Positions 38,256-47,803 of a stretch of DNA of 64,000 nucleotides are shown one piece after another. The translations under genes and the position numbers were made by a program. The notes under the pieces were generated by a model. That model was given only the letters and a program-made list of their open reading frames with translations. It was not told the origin of the DNA and did not search any database. The stretch's first letter is position 1. Each line of letters opens with the position of its first letter. The stretch covers positions 41,645-105,644 of the forward strand of contig JBNJDT010000001.1 of assembly GCA_051745145.1 (NCBI GenBank), given 5' to 3'. Source of the DNA: Elusimicrobiota bacterium (lineage in GTDB: Bacteria; CG03; SLGR01; JAGXOG01).

Positions 38256-39320
38256 ATGAAATTTTCACTCTTTGCTTGGGGGGGGATTCTTATTTTTTTG
38301 ACTTCCTGTAAGTGCTTCCCTTTATCAAATACCCCCCAAATTCAAAAAAAATATCAATATTCAAAAATAGACGGGAATATACCAATTATTTACTCTTCTC
38401 AATACGATATAACTTTATCGGGTCTTGAAAAACTCCATCCGTTTGACACTCAAAAATACAGCAAAAGTAAAAATTATTTAATTAGAAATTCGTCTCTACA
38501 GGAAAATCAGTTTTACGTTCCCAGAAAAGCAACCGAAAAAGATATTCTAAAAATACATACCAAGGATTATTTACAGACCCTCAATGATCCTAAAAATATA
38601 GCTAAAATTGCTGAGTTGTTTTCTCTGGCTTCACTGCCTATTAGGCAGCTTAAAGATGGAATACTAAAACCCATGCTATTTGCTACCGGAGGCACTCTAC
38701 TGGCAACTGAATTATCATTAGATTACGGATGGTCAATTAATTTATCAGGCGGTTACCACCATGCAAAAAAGGATCAGGGCAGCGGTTTTTGTTTTTACAA
38801 TGATATTTCTATTGCAGTAAAAAAATTATTTGAGAAAAATCCTAAAATTATTGTGTTAATAATTGATTTAGATGTTCATCAGGGAAACGGAATTGCCGAT
38901 ACTGTTGGTAATATTCCCGGAGTATTTATATTCGATATTTATAACAGGGAAATATTTCCCAGAGACGAAAAAGCAAAAAAATATATTGATTTTAATTTTC
39001 CGGTAAAATCCACCGTTACCGAAAAAGAATATTTAACCATTTTAAAAAAAGAAATACCCGAAGCGTTAAAAAGCACAGACCCTGATCTGATAATTTATAA
39101 TGCCGGTACCGATATATTCGAAAACGATAAAATTGGTAATTTAGATATTTCTTTTGAAGGCGTAATCAAACGGGACCAGATAGTATTTAATAATGCTCTG
39201 GAACAGAAAATCCCCATAACCATGGTCTTATCCGGAGGATACTCTCGGGAAAGCTACAGACTAATCGGTAAATCAATAGAAAATATATATAATAAGTGGC
39301 CTGAAATTTTTAAATATTGA
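38256..39320 (+). CDS. Histone deacetylase family (HDAC11/class IV-like) protein with lipoprotein-like signal
   Basis: PIIYS..YDI...GLEKLHPFD, GGYHHA, GFC, DLDVHQGNG, AGTD, GGY; N-terminus MKFSLFAWGGILIFLTSC. Confidence 0.85.
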   Translation: MKFSLFAWGGILIFLTSCKCFPLSNTPQIQKKYQYSKIDGNIPIIYSSQYDITLSGLEKLHPFDTQKYSKSKNYLIRNSSLQENQFYVPRKATEKDILKIHTKDYLQTLNDPKNIAKIAELFSLASLPIRQLKDGILKPMLFATGGTLLATELSLDYGWSINLSGGYHHAKKDQGSGFCFYNDISIAVKKLFEKNPKIIVLIIDLDVHQGNGIADTVGNIPGVFIFDIYNREIFPRDEKAKKYIDFNFPVKSTVTEKEYLTILKKEIPEALKSTDPDLIIYNAGTDIFENDKIGNLDISFEGVIKRDQIVFNNALEQKIPITMVLSGGYSRESYRLIGKSIENIYNKWPEIFKY

Positions 39321-39325
39321 AAATT

Positions 39326-40522
39326 TTAACTATTACCGCCTCTGTAAATATAAATATGGGAAAGTACAAATATCCCCAATGTACTCAAAACAGGGGGCAT
39401 AGAACTTAAAAGTATATTAAAAGAAGACGATGAGACTATATTTAAATCAGCCGGCCATCCCCAAATAACAATACAAATTAAAAAAAATGACCACCTAGGA
39501 TATTTTTTCTCAAAAGGAATATAACGACTTAATATTATAAGACAGGGAAACAAAAGAACCTGGTAATTAATCCAGGATAACGGTGAGAGTAAAAGAGAAA
39601 GTGAAACAGATTTATTAAATAGATCATCCACAGGACCGGTCCATAACCGCGGATAAAATACAATGCCTCCTAAAATAACCGCTAAGGTCCATCCCCATTT
39701 AGATATATTTAAGGCATAACTTAAGGATATAATAGAGTAATTGCCAATTTTTCCGTACCATAGCTGTGAACGAGGTATTATATCAGTTATATAATATAAT
39801 ACTTCCCTGAAACCTATAATATAAAATGAGATTAACAGAAGGCCGACCGTAGCTATAGCCGCTTTCAAAAAATTTTTTTTATCCCTGTGCCCTGTCACCG
39901 CAAACCAAAGAAATGGAAATAATTTTAAACTCCCAGCTATGCCCCACAAAAAATTACCGGTAAAGTTTTTTTTATTGCGCAGTTTATACCATCCCAAAAC
40001 CCCAAACAATACAATCCACATTTCCATATGATTTCTCTTAAGTAAAAATAGAAAGGGTGCTGATCCTAAAAATATAATAGAAATAATAACAGATAATTTC
40101 TTAGAATACCCCATTTCTCTTGCCGTAAAAGTTAAAAGTCCCAATAATAATAGTACAGAAAAAACTGCAAACATTATCCAGGACACTTTATATGGAAAAA
40201 GGGACAGGGGGCTTACAAAAATTATTCCGGTTGGCGGGATGGACGGATACAGGTCATACTCCCAGCCGAGTTCTTCATAAACATCTTTTTTCAAATCCTC
40301 ATACATAGCTTCACCTGAAAATAATCTTTGGGCGGGAAAATAATAGTTGGGATAGTCTTCCGGGTCCGTACCATTAAGCGTTTTAGGAAATTCCCGAACA
40401 GAATACCCAAAAAAAGTTATAAGGGAAATCAAAGCAATTACAATACCCAGCCAAAAAGGAAAACTGTTTTTTTTAGCTCTTCCCTTTTCCCTTACATTTT
40501 TGTTTACATCACTGGCATTCAT
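39326..40522 (-). CDS. GT87/DUF2029-like membrane glycosyltransferase
   Basis: EDY..YY..A......G..MY, YP..PP, GSLKLFP, GNYS, LLLSPLSWINY; multi-TM. Confidence 0.7.
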   Translation of the reverse strand: MNASDVNKNVREKGRAKKNSFPFWLGIVIALISLITFFGYSVREFPKTLNGTDPEDYPNYYFPAQRLFSGEAMYEDLKKDVYEELGWEYDLYPSIPPTGIIFVSPLSLFPYKVSWIMFAVFSVLLLLGLLTFTAREMGYSKKLSVIISIIFLGSAPFLFLLKRNHMEMWIVLFGVLGWYKLRNKKNFTGNFLWGIAGSLKLFPFLWFAVTGHRDKKNFLKAAIATVGLLLISFYIIGFREVLYYITDIIPRSQLWYGKIGNYSIISLSYALNISKWGWTLAVILGGIVFYPRLWTGPVDDLFNKSVSLSLLLSPLSWINYQVLLFPCLIILSRYIPFEKKYPRWSFFLICIVIWGWPADLNIVSSSSFNILLSSMPPVLSTLGIFVLSHIYIYRGGNS

Positions 40523-40660
40523 ATAAATAAATTAAAATACCTCTAATATTCGTCTATTCTACTAAATAAGAAGTTATAACCGGATTATACATATAACTCT
40601 TTTTAATTATAAAAATAAAAATATATATTAAAATTTTACATACCCCGCAATTTTACTTTT

Positions 40661-42100
40661 TTACTTTTTTTCTAAAAGAATGAATAAACCTTTTTTATTC
40701 TTTGCCGTAATTTCCCAGTTATTTTCAATTAATTTTTTATAAAGCGGGGAATTATAAGTAGGCACTATTTCCTTTATTATACTGTAATCAAATTCTCTTT
40801 TATCAGGATTTATTAATAAAACTGCGTCAGTGTTATATTTATCAAGAATTTTTTTCCAATTATTTTCGGCTGACAAAACTGTTAAATATTCGTGAAATAA
40901 ATTTAAAGAATAAATCTCAAGTCGACTATCTATAAAAACTTTTTTTCCAGTAATAAAATGCACCCAGCCGCCCAGTTCATAATAAGTAAAAACATTGAAA
41001 TTCTGTTTTGTTTTCAATCTTCTGTTTATTTTAGGAGATAAAGGATATTTACCGGCAAGTGCATATTTTTTAGAATTATCCCCTACTTTAAAAAATACAA
41101 TAATAAATAACATTCCCAATATTATAAAATTTATTATCGTTTTTCTGTTTTTTTTAACCTGATGCATCTTAATTTTAATTTTTTTAAAAACCGGGATTTC
41201 AAAATTTATAAATATTAAAAAACTGCTGATTAAAACTAAGTGATAATGCCTTATTGCAGAATAGAAAAGTAACATAGATGCCATAAAGAGTAAAGTTTTC
41301 GGTAAAGTCTCCTCTTTTTTATATTTCAAATATCTATAAAATATTAACCCTGCCATTATGAGTATTGAAAGCCTCATAAAAACCGGCGGCGTAGCCCACT
41401 CCCTTAAATATAAATTATGTCTATTCTGTAGAATAAACTGAAAAGGCACCCCAAGCAGCTTTATTCCATATGGATTAATTAATAGAAGTATTATAGTAAA
41501 AAATAATAGGCTAAAATGGGTCCGTAATTTTTTATACTGTTTAATTCTGATATATTCAATTGCAAAAATAGCCCAGATAATAATACCCAGTACCCAGCCG
41601 CCGTGCAGATTAAACCATCCCCACATTATTATAGGAAAAGCATAATTGAATTTATTTTCACTTTGAAAGAGCCAAAAAACAAATATAAAAAGAAAATTAG
41701 TTAGGATATAAGGGCGGGTATACCAAAACTGGTTAAAACCTAACAGTATCACTGCAAATAATATTACACCGTATAATTGATATAAGTTTTTTTTATTTAT
41801 CAGGGAGAATAATATTATCCAGATCCCCGCCATGACCAAACCCCGAAATAAATAGAGTCCCTGAAAACCACTAACTTTGTAAATTAGATAAAATAAAGTT
41901 GAACCCAGCCATGAATGAGCAATCCATTTTTTTTTGTAATTTGTATAAGTAAATGTATCTTCCTTGGGCACTTCACCCTCAGAATATACCTGTTTTCCGA
42001 TAGATAGATGCCACCAGATGTCAGTTTCATTATTAAATTGTTTGACACTTAAAAAAGAGATACACACTAAAATAAAGAGTAGCGGGGGTATTTTATTCAT
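40661..42100 (-). CDS. GT-C-fold-like multi-pass membrane protein, putative glycosyltransferase (paralog 2)
   Basis: ETDIWWHL..GK, DTFTYT, WIAHSWL, RPY, WFNLHGG, NPYG, EWATP, YELGGW, VFIDSRLEIY; same motif order as 35324-36679. Confidence 0.6.
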   Translation of the reverse strand: MNKIPPLLFILVCISFLSVKQFNNETDIWWHLSIGKQVYSEGEVPKEDTFTYTNYKKKWIAHSWLGSTLFYLIYKVSGFQGLYLFRGLVMAGIWIILFSLINKKNLYQLYGVILFAVILLGFNQFWYTRPYILTNFLFIFVFWLFQSENKFNYAFPIIMWGWFNLHGGWVLGIIIWAIFAIEYIRIKQYKKLRTHFSLLFFTIILLLINPYGIKLLGVPFQFILQNRHNLYLREWATPPVFMRLSILIMAGLIFYRYLKYKKEETLPKTLLFMASMLLFYSAIRHYHLVLISSFLIFINFEIPVFKKIKIKMHQVKKNRKTIINFIILGMLFIIVFFKVGDNSKKYALAGKYPLSPKINRRLKTKQNFNVFTYYELGGWVHFITGKKVFIDSRLEIYSLNLFHEYLTVLSAENNWKKILDKYNTDAVLLINPDKREFDYSIIKEIVPTYNSPLYKKLIENNWEITAKNKKGLFILLEKK

Positions 42101-42116
42101 AAATACAAACGTATTT

Positions 42117-42827
42117 TTATTTTTCCCCTACCACAAGCATTGAATTGCCAAAATTAAAATTTAAAATATTATCTACAATTTTAAGTACCGGTAAAAACTT
42201 ATCAAAGAATATAATCTGAAAAGTAGATATTTTTTGCTTCTTCCTGATTTTACTGTTTAAAAACCATCCAAAAGCTCCCACTCTGTTAAAATACTGAAAG
42301 TGTTTTATCTTAAATCCGGCTTTGTTTACTTTATTAATTAAATCTTTTTTTTCATACCTTCTGCAATGCCCCACATTCTCGTCAATGCTTCCAAATAACA
42401 GCTCATGGCTGGGTACAATAATTATTATATTGCCTTTCTGTTCCGTTAATTTATACATATTTGCCAGGGCTCGCTCATCCTGTTTAATATGTTCTAAAAT
42501 ATTTACGCAGAGTATAGATTTAAATTGAGTATTTATTTTAGCTAAAATTTGCGGGTTACTTATATCGCAATTTATTAGTTCAATATCAGGAAAATCAAGT
42601 TTCATATATTTTAGATATTTTTCATTAATATCAACTGCAGTAACTTCCCGGTTGCGATTTAAATACTGTGTTAAATTACCTATGCCGCAACCAATTTCAA
42701 GTACATTTGTATTGCTGAGAAATGGTTCAATTTTTTTAAAAAGCCAGTTATTATAATTACTGCACAATGCCATTAATCTTAAAGTTATATAACTTATCTT
42801 TTCTTTTTTTCCTATTTTTTTATTCAT
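42117..42827 (-). CDS. Class I SAM-dependent methyltransferase (type often linked to GT2 genes)
   Basis: YNNW, VLEIGCGIG, VDIN, NILEHI, VP....LFGSID..VGH.RRY. Confidence 0.85.
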   Translation of the reverse strand: MNKKIGKKEKISYITLRLMALCSNYNNWLFKKIEPFLSNTNVLEIGCGIGNLTQYLNRNREVTAVDINEKYLKYMKLDFPDIELINCDISNPQILAKINTQFKSILCVNILEHIKQDERALANMYKLTEQKGNIIIIVPSHELLFGSIDENVGHCRRYEKKDLINKVNKAGFKIKHFQYFNRVGAFGWFLNSKIRKKQKISTFQIIFFDKFLPVLKIVDNILNFNFGNSMLVVGEK

Positions 42828-42883
42828 TTATTAACCTTATTAAATATTCAATCTCATTTCTATTTTCAGCAACAAGATTTACC

Positions 42884-43609
42884 CTAACAATTATAGTGTC
42901 CTAATAAATTTTTAATTTTTATTTTTATAAGTTCATATCCTATAAAAACAGAATCTTTAAACGGTGATAATTTTGTTTCAAAGCTATTTTTCCAGACAAT
43001 GGGGACCTCTTTAATTTTATAACCTTTTTTTTGCGAAATAAATAAAATTTCCGGGTCAAAACCAAAACCGCAAACAGTCTGACAGGAAAAAACATCTTTA
43101 GCTACTTCCCGTTTAAAAAGTTTAAACCCACACTGAGAATCTCTTATACCGGGTAATAACATTATTCTAACCAGCAGCCCAAAAAGTTTTCCCATTTTAT
43201 CCCGGAAAAAATTTTGAGGAACTATTTTTTCCGATCCTGCAAGGCCCCGGGAACCTATTGCAATATCATATTCTTTTTGAGTTATCTCCTTCTCTAATTT
43301 TTCATATTCTTCTATTGGAGTAGAAAGGTCAGCATCAGAAAATAAGATTAATTTCCCCCTGGCTTTAAGCATCCCCCACTTAACGGCGGCTCCTTTTCCA
43401 CGATTCTTGAAAAAAGAATGAATTTTTAACGGTATATTAGTATTAAAATTTTTAACTTTATTTACCGTTTGATCTTTTGACCCGTCGTCCACAATTATTA
43501 TCTCAGTTTTAATACCCCGCCGGTCAATATAATCACTGATTCTATTTAAAGCTTTTATAATTCGGTTTTCTTCATTATAACACGGGATAACTATTGACAG
43601 TTCAGTCAT
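42884..43609 (-). CDS. GT2 polyprenyl-phosphate glycosyltransferase (dolichyl-phosphate beta-glucosyltransferase-like)
   Basis: SIVIPCYNE, VDDGSKD, NRGKGAAV, DADLS, GSR, DSQCGFKLF, FDPEIL, EVPI.W. Confidence 0.88.
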   Translation of the reverse strand: MTELSIVIPCYNEENRIIKALNRISDYIDRRGIKTEIIIVDDGSKDQTVNKVKNFNTNIPLKIHSFFKNRGKGAAVKWGMLKARGKLILFSDADLSTPIEEYEKLEKEITQKEYDIAIGSRGLAGSEKIVPQNFFRDKMGKLFGLLVRIMLLPGIRDSQCGFKLFKREVAKDVFSCQTVCGFGFDPEILFISQKKGYKIKEVPIVWKNSFETKLSPFKDSVFIGYELIKIKIKNLLGHYNC

Positions 43610-43626
43610 TTATTTTAACCTCTCCT

Positions 43627-45135
43627 TTAATTCTTCCTCTTAAATAGAATTCCAGCCCGGCCGGATAATATTTTTTCCCAGTTTTTAGCATCTCGTAAAA
43701 TTTCTATAATATACTCATTTTTATTTCTATTTAATATAACTGTTTTTACATCATATTTATCAAGGACTTCTTCCCAGCCTGCTTTCCCCTCATAAACTAT
43801 CCAGTAATCACTCCATATATCTTTTGGAACTATATGCATTCTCGTACCAAAAAAAGGACTGTAATCGGGCCAGAGCCGCCATATGATATAACTACCCCAG
43901 TCACTGTAATTAAAAATATTTCCCGGCAAAGTATGTTTCTCCATATAATCGGCAACTTCCACCGGCTGCTGACGGGGATCTATAAAATATTTCATTCTGC
44001 TACCGGGTAGTTTTTTTCTGAAGTAAGGAGAAAATATTATTACAGAACCTAACATACAAAGCAAAATTATTCCATTAATATAACTATTACCCTTATCTTC
44101 TCCGGCTTTTAAAAAATATAATTTACTGTCTGAGGTAAGAGAATCAATAATTGATTGGAAATGGCGGGCAAATACAGCGGAAAATATAATCCCCCACCAG
44201 ATAACCATCCTCAGGTGCAGTAAACTCTGATAAGTAAAAAATAAAAATAAAATTATCTCTTCAATTTTTATCTTTGTATTACTTTTCAATACTGTGCCAA
44301 ACCCGGCGAGCAGGGAAATATAAAAGATAAGCCCGGTTGGGGTATTAATAGTCAAAGGAAGCCATTCTGCGGACCGATATGACGCCTTATCCATAGTGTT
44401 GAAAACACTTTCCCATATCCGTATTCCGTAGGGATTTAAAAGAGTAGCTAAAGATACCGCAGCTAACAAAATAAAAAGAGACTGGATTTTTTTATCAAAT
44501 ATAATTTTTGTTAAAGTTTTTTTATTTAAATATATTTTTATGCTTTTTGAAACCAAAAATATCCCGATTAAGCCAATACCCGCCGGGAAACTATTGTGTA
44601 AATTTGCCCATAAAACCATAAGGAGAAAAAATATCCCGACCTGAGATTTTTTGATTTTTTGACCGGCATACAAAAATGAAAAATAATAAATGAAAATCGG
44701 CAGTACAAACAACTGGGGCCGCAAATTCCAGTTAGTTAACCCGGTAAGTATGTACATAAACGAGAACAAAAAGCAGACTTTATAATTAATATTCACACGA
44801 AGCAGTAGTTTTATAAATATATATAACGAAAGTAACAGAATGAAAGCATTTAACAGGATAAGAATTTCCTTACCCCCGGCAGAGTGAAACACTGCCAGTA
44901 CAACTTGAGAAAGCCAGCCGTGGTTAATATATTCCATGCCCGATAAAGTATGTGTGAATATATCTTGAGATAATACAGCCCCGTTTTCAATCATCACTTC
45001 CCCCATGCGAATATAATAACCTAAATCCTCCGGGGCTAAATAAGAACTAAAAACACCGATTAGCACAATAAAAAATGGGGTTGTATAGTAAAGTTTTTTA
45101 AGAGAGAAAAAAGATAAAAACTTTTCTTTTCTCAT
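43627..45135 (-). CDS. GT-C-fold-like multi-pass membrane protein, putative glycosyltransferase (paralog 3)
   Basis: EDLGYYI..GE, DIFTHT, YINHGWL, RPQLF, WANLH, NPYG, EWLP, DWGSY, PFFGTR; start taken as ATG 45135. Confidence 0.6.
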   Translation of the reverse strand: MRKEKFLSFFSLKKLYYTTPFFIVLIGVFSSYLAPEDLGYYIRMGEVMIENGAVLSQDIFTHTLSGMEYINHGWLSQVVLAVFHSAGGKEILILLNAFILLLSLYIFIKLLLRVNINYKVCFLFSFMYILTGLTNWNLRPQLFVLPIFIYYFSFLYAGQKIKKSQVGIFFLLMVLWANLHNSFPAGIGLIGIFLVSKSIKIYLNKKTLTKIIFDKKIQSLFILLAAVSLATLLNPYGIRIWESVFNTMDKASYRSAEWLPLTINTPTGLIFYISLLAGFGTVLKSNTKIKIEEIILFLFFTYQSLLHLRMVIWWGIIFSAVFARHFQSIIDSLTSDSKLYFLKAGEDKGNSYINGIILLCMLGSVIIFSPYFRKKLPGSRMKYFIDPRQQPVEVADYMEKHTLPGNIFNYSDWGSYIIWRLWPDYSPFFGTRMHIVPKDIWSDYWIVYEGKAGWEEVLDKYDVKTVILNRNKNEYIIEILRDAKNWEKILSGRAGILFKRKN

Positions 45136-45275
45136 AATTACAATATATCCCAAGCAGAAGGTTTTATTTGGACAAAGGCTGGAATACTCAATATTATAAT
45201 TTTCATTTTGGCGGGAAGTTTATAAATGCAGCTGAATTTTTAAAAATGGTAAAAATATAAAATCAGTTAGCTTTT

Positions 45276-45926
45276 TTAGGGGTGTTCATTTGTATCGGTC
45301 CAGTAAATAGGCATAAAAGTATCTATGGGCAACATATGTATAGCCATCCTGTTCATCCAGGTTGAATTAGCTACGTAGTTTTCAGCGCCTAATTCATTCT
45401 CTCCGTCGCCCATCCACTCTTCCTCCCATTCCGGACCGCTGACCCCCATCCATCCCATACCTTCAGTAAAAAAATCCCAGACCTTATATTTATAAGTCAT
45501 CCGGCAGTGGGCATAATTAGGTCCTAATGGCGACACATCCATATCAAGCATAGCAAGCATAGGTTCCATTCTAATCTGTAAATCCACCAGCAGTTGCATT
45601 ATAGTAAACCCCCCAAAAACCATACCATTCCCCTCACCGGTTTCCACCTCCACTATTTCTACCTGTTCGTTATCTATATATTTGCCCAACCACTCTTGAG
45701 CTAAATCATTGGCTTTTGACTCCATTGAACTCGCATCCGCATCGTCATCATATACCGGTTCCCAGGCTGCCGCCCTGGAAATATTCTCAATCGTCACATC
45801 AGTTATAAACCACTGTCCGAACCACCATATTCCCATAAGTACAAGAAAATATAGAGGTGAGACCATCAATAACTCTAACATAGACTGACCTTTTTGATTT
45901 TTTATTATTTTTCTAAAAAAATTCAT
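45276..45926 (-). CDS. TadE-like pseudopilin
   Basis: MNFFRKIIKNQKG|QSMLELLMVSP...SRAAA; the ATG at 45926 overlaps the upstream stop (TAATG). Confidence 0.8.
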   Translation of the reverse strand: MNFFRKIIKNQKGQSMLELLMVSPLYFLVLMGIWWFGQWFITDVTIENISRAAAWEPVYDDDADASSMESKANDLAQEWLGKYIDNEQVEIVEVETGEGNGMVFGGFTIMQLLVDLQIRMEPMLAMLDMDVSPLGPNYAHCRMTYKYKVWDFFTEGMGWMGVSGPEWEEEWMGDGENELGAENYVANSTWMNRMAIHMLPIDTFMPIYWTDTNEHP

Positions 45927-46942
45927 TAATCCGGCTCCACTAATTTTGCTCTCCATCCCCCGCCTTTGGCCGCATCATAGTACGAATATATAGGATCCGA
46001 GGTACTGCAGCTGTCATTGGGCGTTGTAGTAGTAAACATGGGCCCGTCGCCTTTATCGCCTACTTCGGTATTATATACTACCGCCCTGGACTCTGAAGTT
46101 ACCCATCCAACATTGTCTTCACCGAATATATTTCCAAAAAATTCCGTATTTTTACTAACTTCCCAGGTCTGTGACAAACTGTCTTTAAAAGCCTCTTCAT
46201 CTTCTATATAAGCCCAACTGTCTAAATTGTCCGGGACAATTTCTTTTCCAATAGCCGGCCAATACTCGCAGCACTGACAGCTCGGCGGACTGCCGCAGGG
46301 CTCGCACATTACCTTGGTGGGATAAATCTTTATATCAAGTTCTTCCCGGGACAAATTTAAACCATCCCATTCTGTTGCCTGAATATATACATCTCCGACA
46401 GGGAACCTTGACATTATAAAAGGCATAATTCCGCTGAACTGGTCTTCTTCAACTGATCTTAAAGTTCTCAGGGCAGCCCTCCGGGCCAACGCCTGGCCGT
46501 ACCCCCTCATGGGGTCATCAGTTTCAGCATCCATTAAACTATCTATCATGGGGGTTATCGTATCGACGGCATCTTTTATATTTTCAGCTCTGGTATCGTT
46601 AGTATCCTTACAGCTGCATCCACAAATCTGACCGTCAAATGGCCATACAAATTTAGGAGAAAAATAAGAATCCAGTGAAAGTTTGACCGCAAGCTGACCG
46701 CTCAAGGCCCCTATTAAATTAAGAACTCTGGCCCGGGCCACTGCCCCGGTTAGAGCAGCGTTATCCGCTGCATTACCAACCTGAATTCTATTTCTCACTA
46801 ACATCCCCACGTTTATCATGGTATACCAGAATAATACCAGCGAGAATATAGAAAAAGCACCGATTATTAACATCTGACCCCGACAATCCCGTTTAAGATC
46901 TTTCAGTTTACTTACAAATTTTTCATTTATTTTTCTAAGCAT
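45926..46942 (-). CDS. TadG-like pilus-associated protein, Cys-rich
   Basis: RG|QMLII...INVG.....RIQVGNAADNAALTGA (Tad domain signature). Confidence 0.8.
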   Translation of the reverse strand: MLRKINEKFVSKLKDLKRDCRGQMLIIGAFSIFSLVLFWYTMINVGMLVRNRIQVGNAADNAALTGAVARARVLNLIGALSGQLAVKLSLDSYFSPKFVWPFDGQICGCSCKDTNDTRAENIKDAVDTITPMIDSLMDAETDDPMRGYGQALARRAALRTLRSVEEDQFSGIMPFIMSRFPVGDVYIQATEWDGLNLSREELDIKIYPTKVMCEPCGSPPSCQCCEYWPAIGKEIVPDNLDSWAYIEDEEAFKDSLSQTWEVSKNTEFFGNIFGEDNVGWVTSESRAVVYNTEVGDKGDGPMFTTTTPNDSCSTSDPIYSYYDAAKGGGWRAKLVEPD

Positions 46943-46961
46943 TTTATTTTTCCCTCATATT

Positions 46962-47504
46962 TTAATACGGAGTATCGGCATCGTATTCATCACCGCCATC
47001 CCATGTCTGGGGCATTTCCGCTATAGCGCTCTGCTGGATGGTTCCTAATGGATTATTAAACATTACATCATCCATACCCCCGGTTACCATACTGGGACCT
47101 GAAAAAGGCATTGATAATTTATTGGGATGGGGGAAAAACGGTAGTTGTTTCCATAAATAGTTCTGGCCCATTTCTACTTCCACCTGGTCGCTGTTATCAT
47201 CCACCTGTTCAACAGAGCCCATCATGGGCAATATACCTCCCATACCCGGATGCTTTGCGAACATATTTTTAATATCGCTTCCAAAACCAAATGTATAGCC
47301 GTTATAGTCGTCAAGCACCTTCACCTGATTTGCTCTGGCTCCCCGATGCGCTGCAAGAATGGTAAGCAGCTTCCCGGTAACAAGCAACCCTATCTGCAAA
47401 GTCCCAAGAATTAAACTTATCATAAGCATAGTTGAAAATATAGTTTCAACCATTGCCTGACCGCTGTTTTTCAGTTTTTTAACTTTTTTATCTATCACGG
47501 CCAT
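46962..47504 (-). CDS. TadE-like pseudopilin
   Basis: NSG|QAMVET...AAHRGAR. Confidence 0.82.
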   Translation of the reverse strand: MAVIDKKVKKLKNSGQAMVETIFSTMLMISLILGTLQIGLLVTGKLLTILAAHRGARANQVKVLDDYNGYTFGFGSDIKNMFAKHPGMGGILPMMGSVEQVDDNSDQVEVEMGQNYLWKQLPFFPHPNKLSMPFSGPSMVTGGMDDVMFNNPLGTIQQSAIAEMPQTWDGGDEYDADTPY

Positions 47505-47707
47505 TGTCCTCCATTTGTCATAAACGGCGGTACATACATCATGGGAGTAACGCCTTTTTTCATATTTTCATAAAAACTCTCGATTGCTGTTTTAAACCCA
47601 CTGTCTATCCAGACTAAAGAGAGAGCAATAAGTGAGACAACAAGAATATATTCGGTCATCCCCTGGGCTTCTTCCTCTATGATTAATGCTTTTATAAGTT
47701 TAAACAT
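47495..47707 (-). CDS. Divergent Flp-like (minor) pilin, 70 aa
   Basis: MFKLIKALIIEEEA|QGMTEYILVVSLIAL; GAGG SD before ATG 47707. Confidence 0.85.
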   Translation of the reverse strand: MFKLIKALIIEEEAQGMTEYILVVSLIALSLVWIDSGFKTAIESFYENMKKGVTPMMYVPPFMTNGGQWP

Positions 47708-47726
47708 TTCTTTTATCCTCAATATA

Positions 47727-47770
47727 ATATTATAATAAAAGCGTTGTTTTGTCAACCCTACAAAAGTACT
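47727..47770 (-). promoter_or_regulatory. Internal promoter for the minor pilin/tadE/tadG genes, with one GTAC half-site
   Basis: Minus strand AGTAC-10 bp-TTGACA (47755-47750)-17 bp-TAATAT; same GTAC to -35 spacing as the three flp promoters. Confidence 0.55.
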
Positions 47771-47803
47771 ATTTTTAAATCTTCCCTTATGAAATTTAGA
47801 GTC

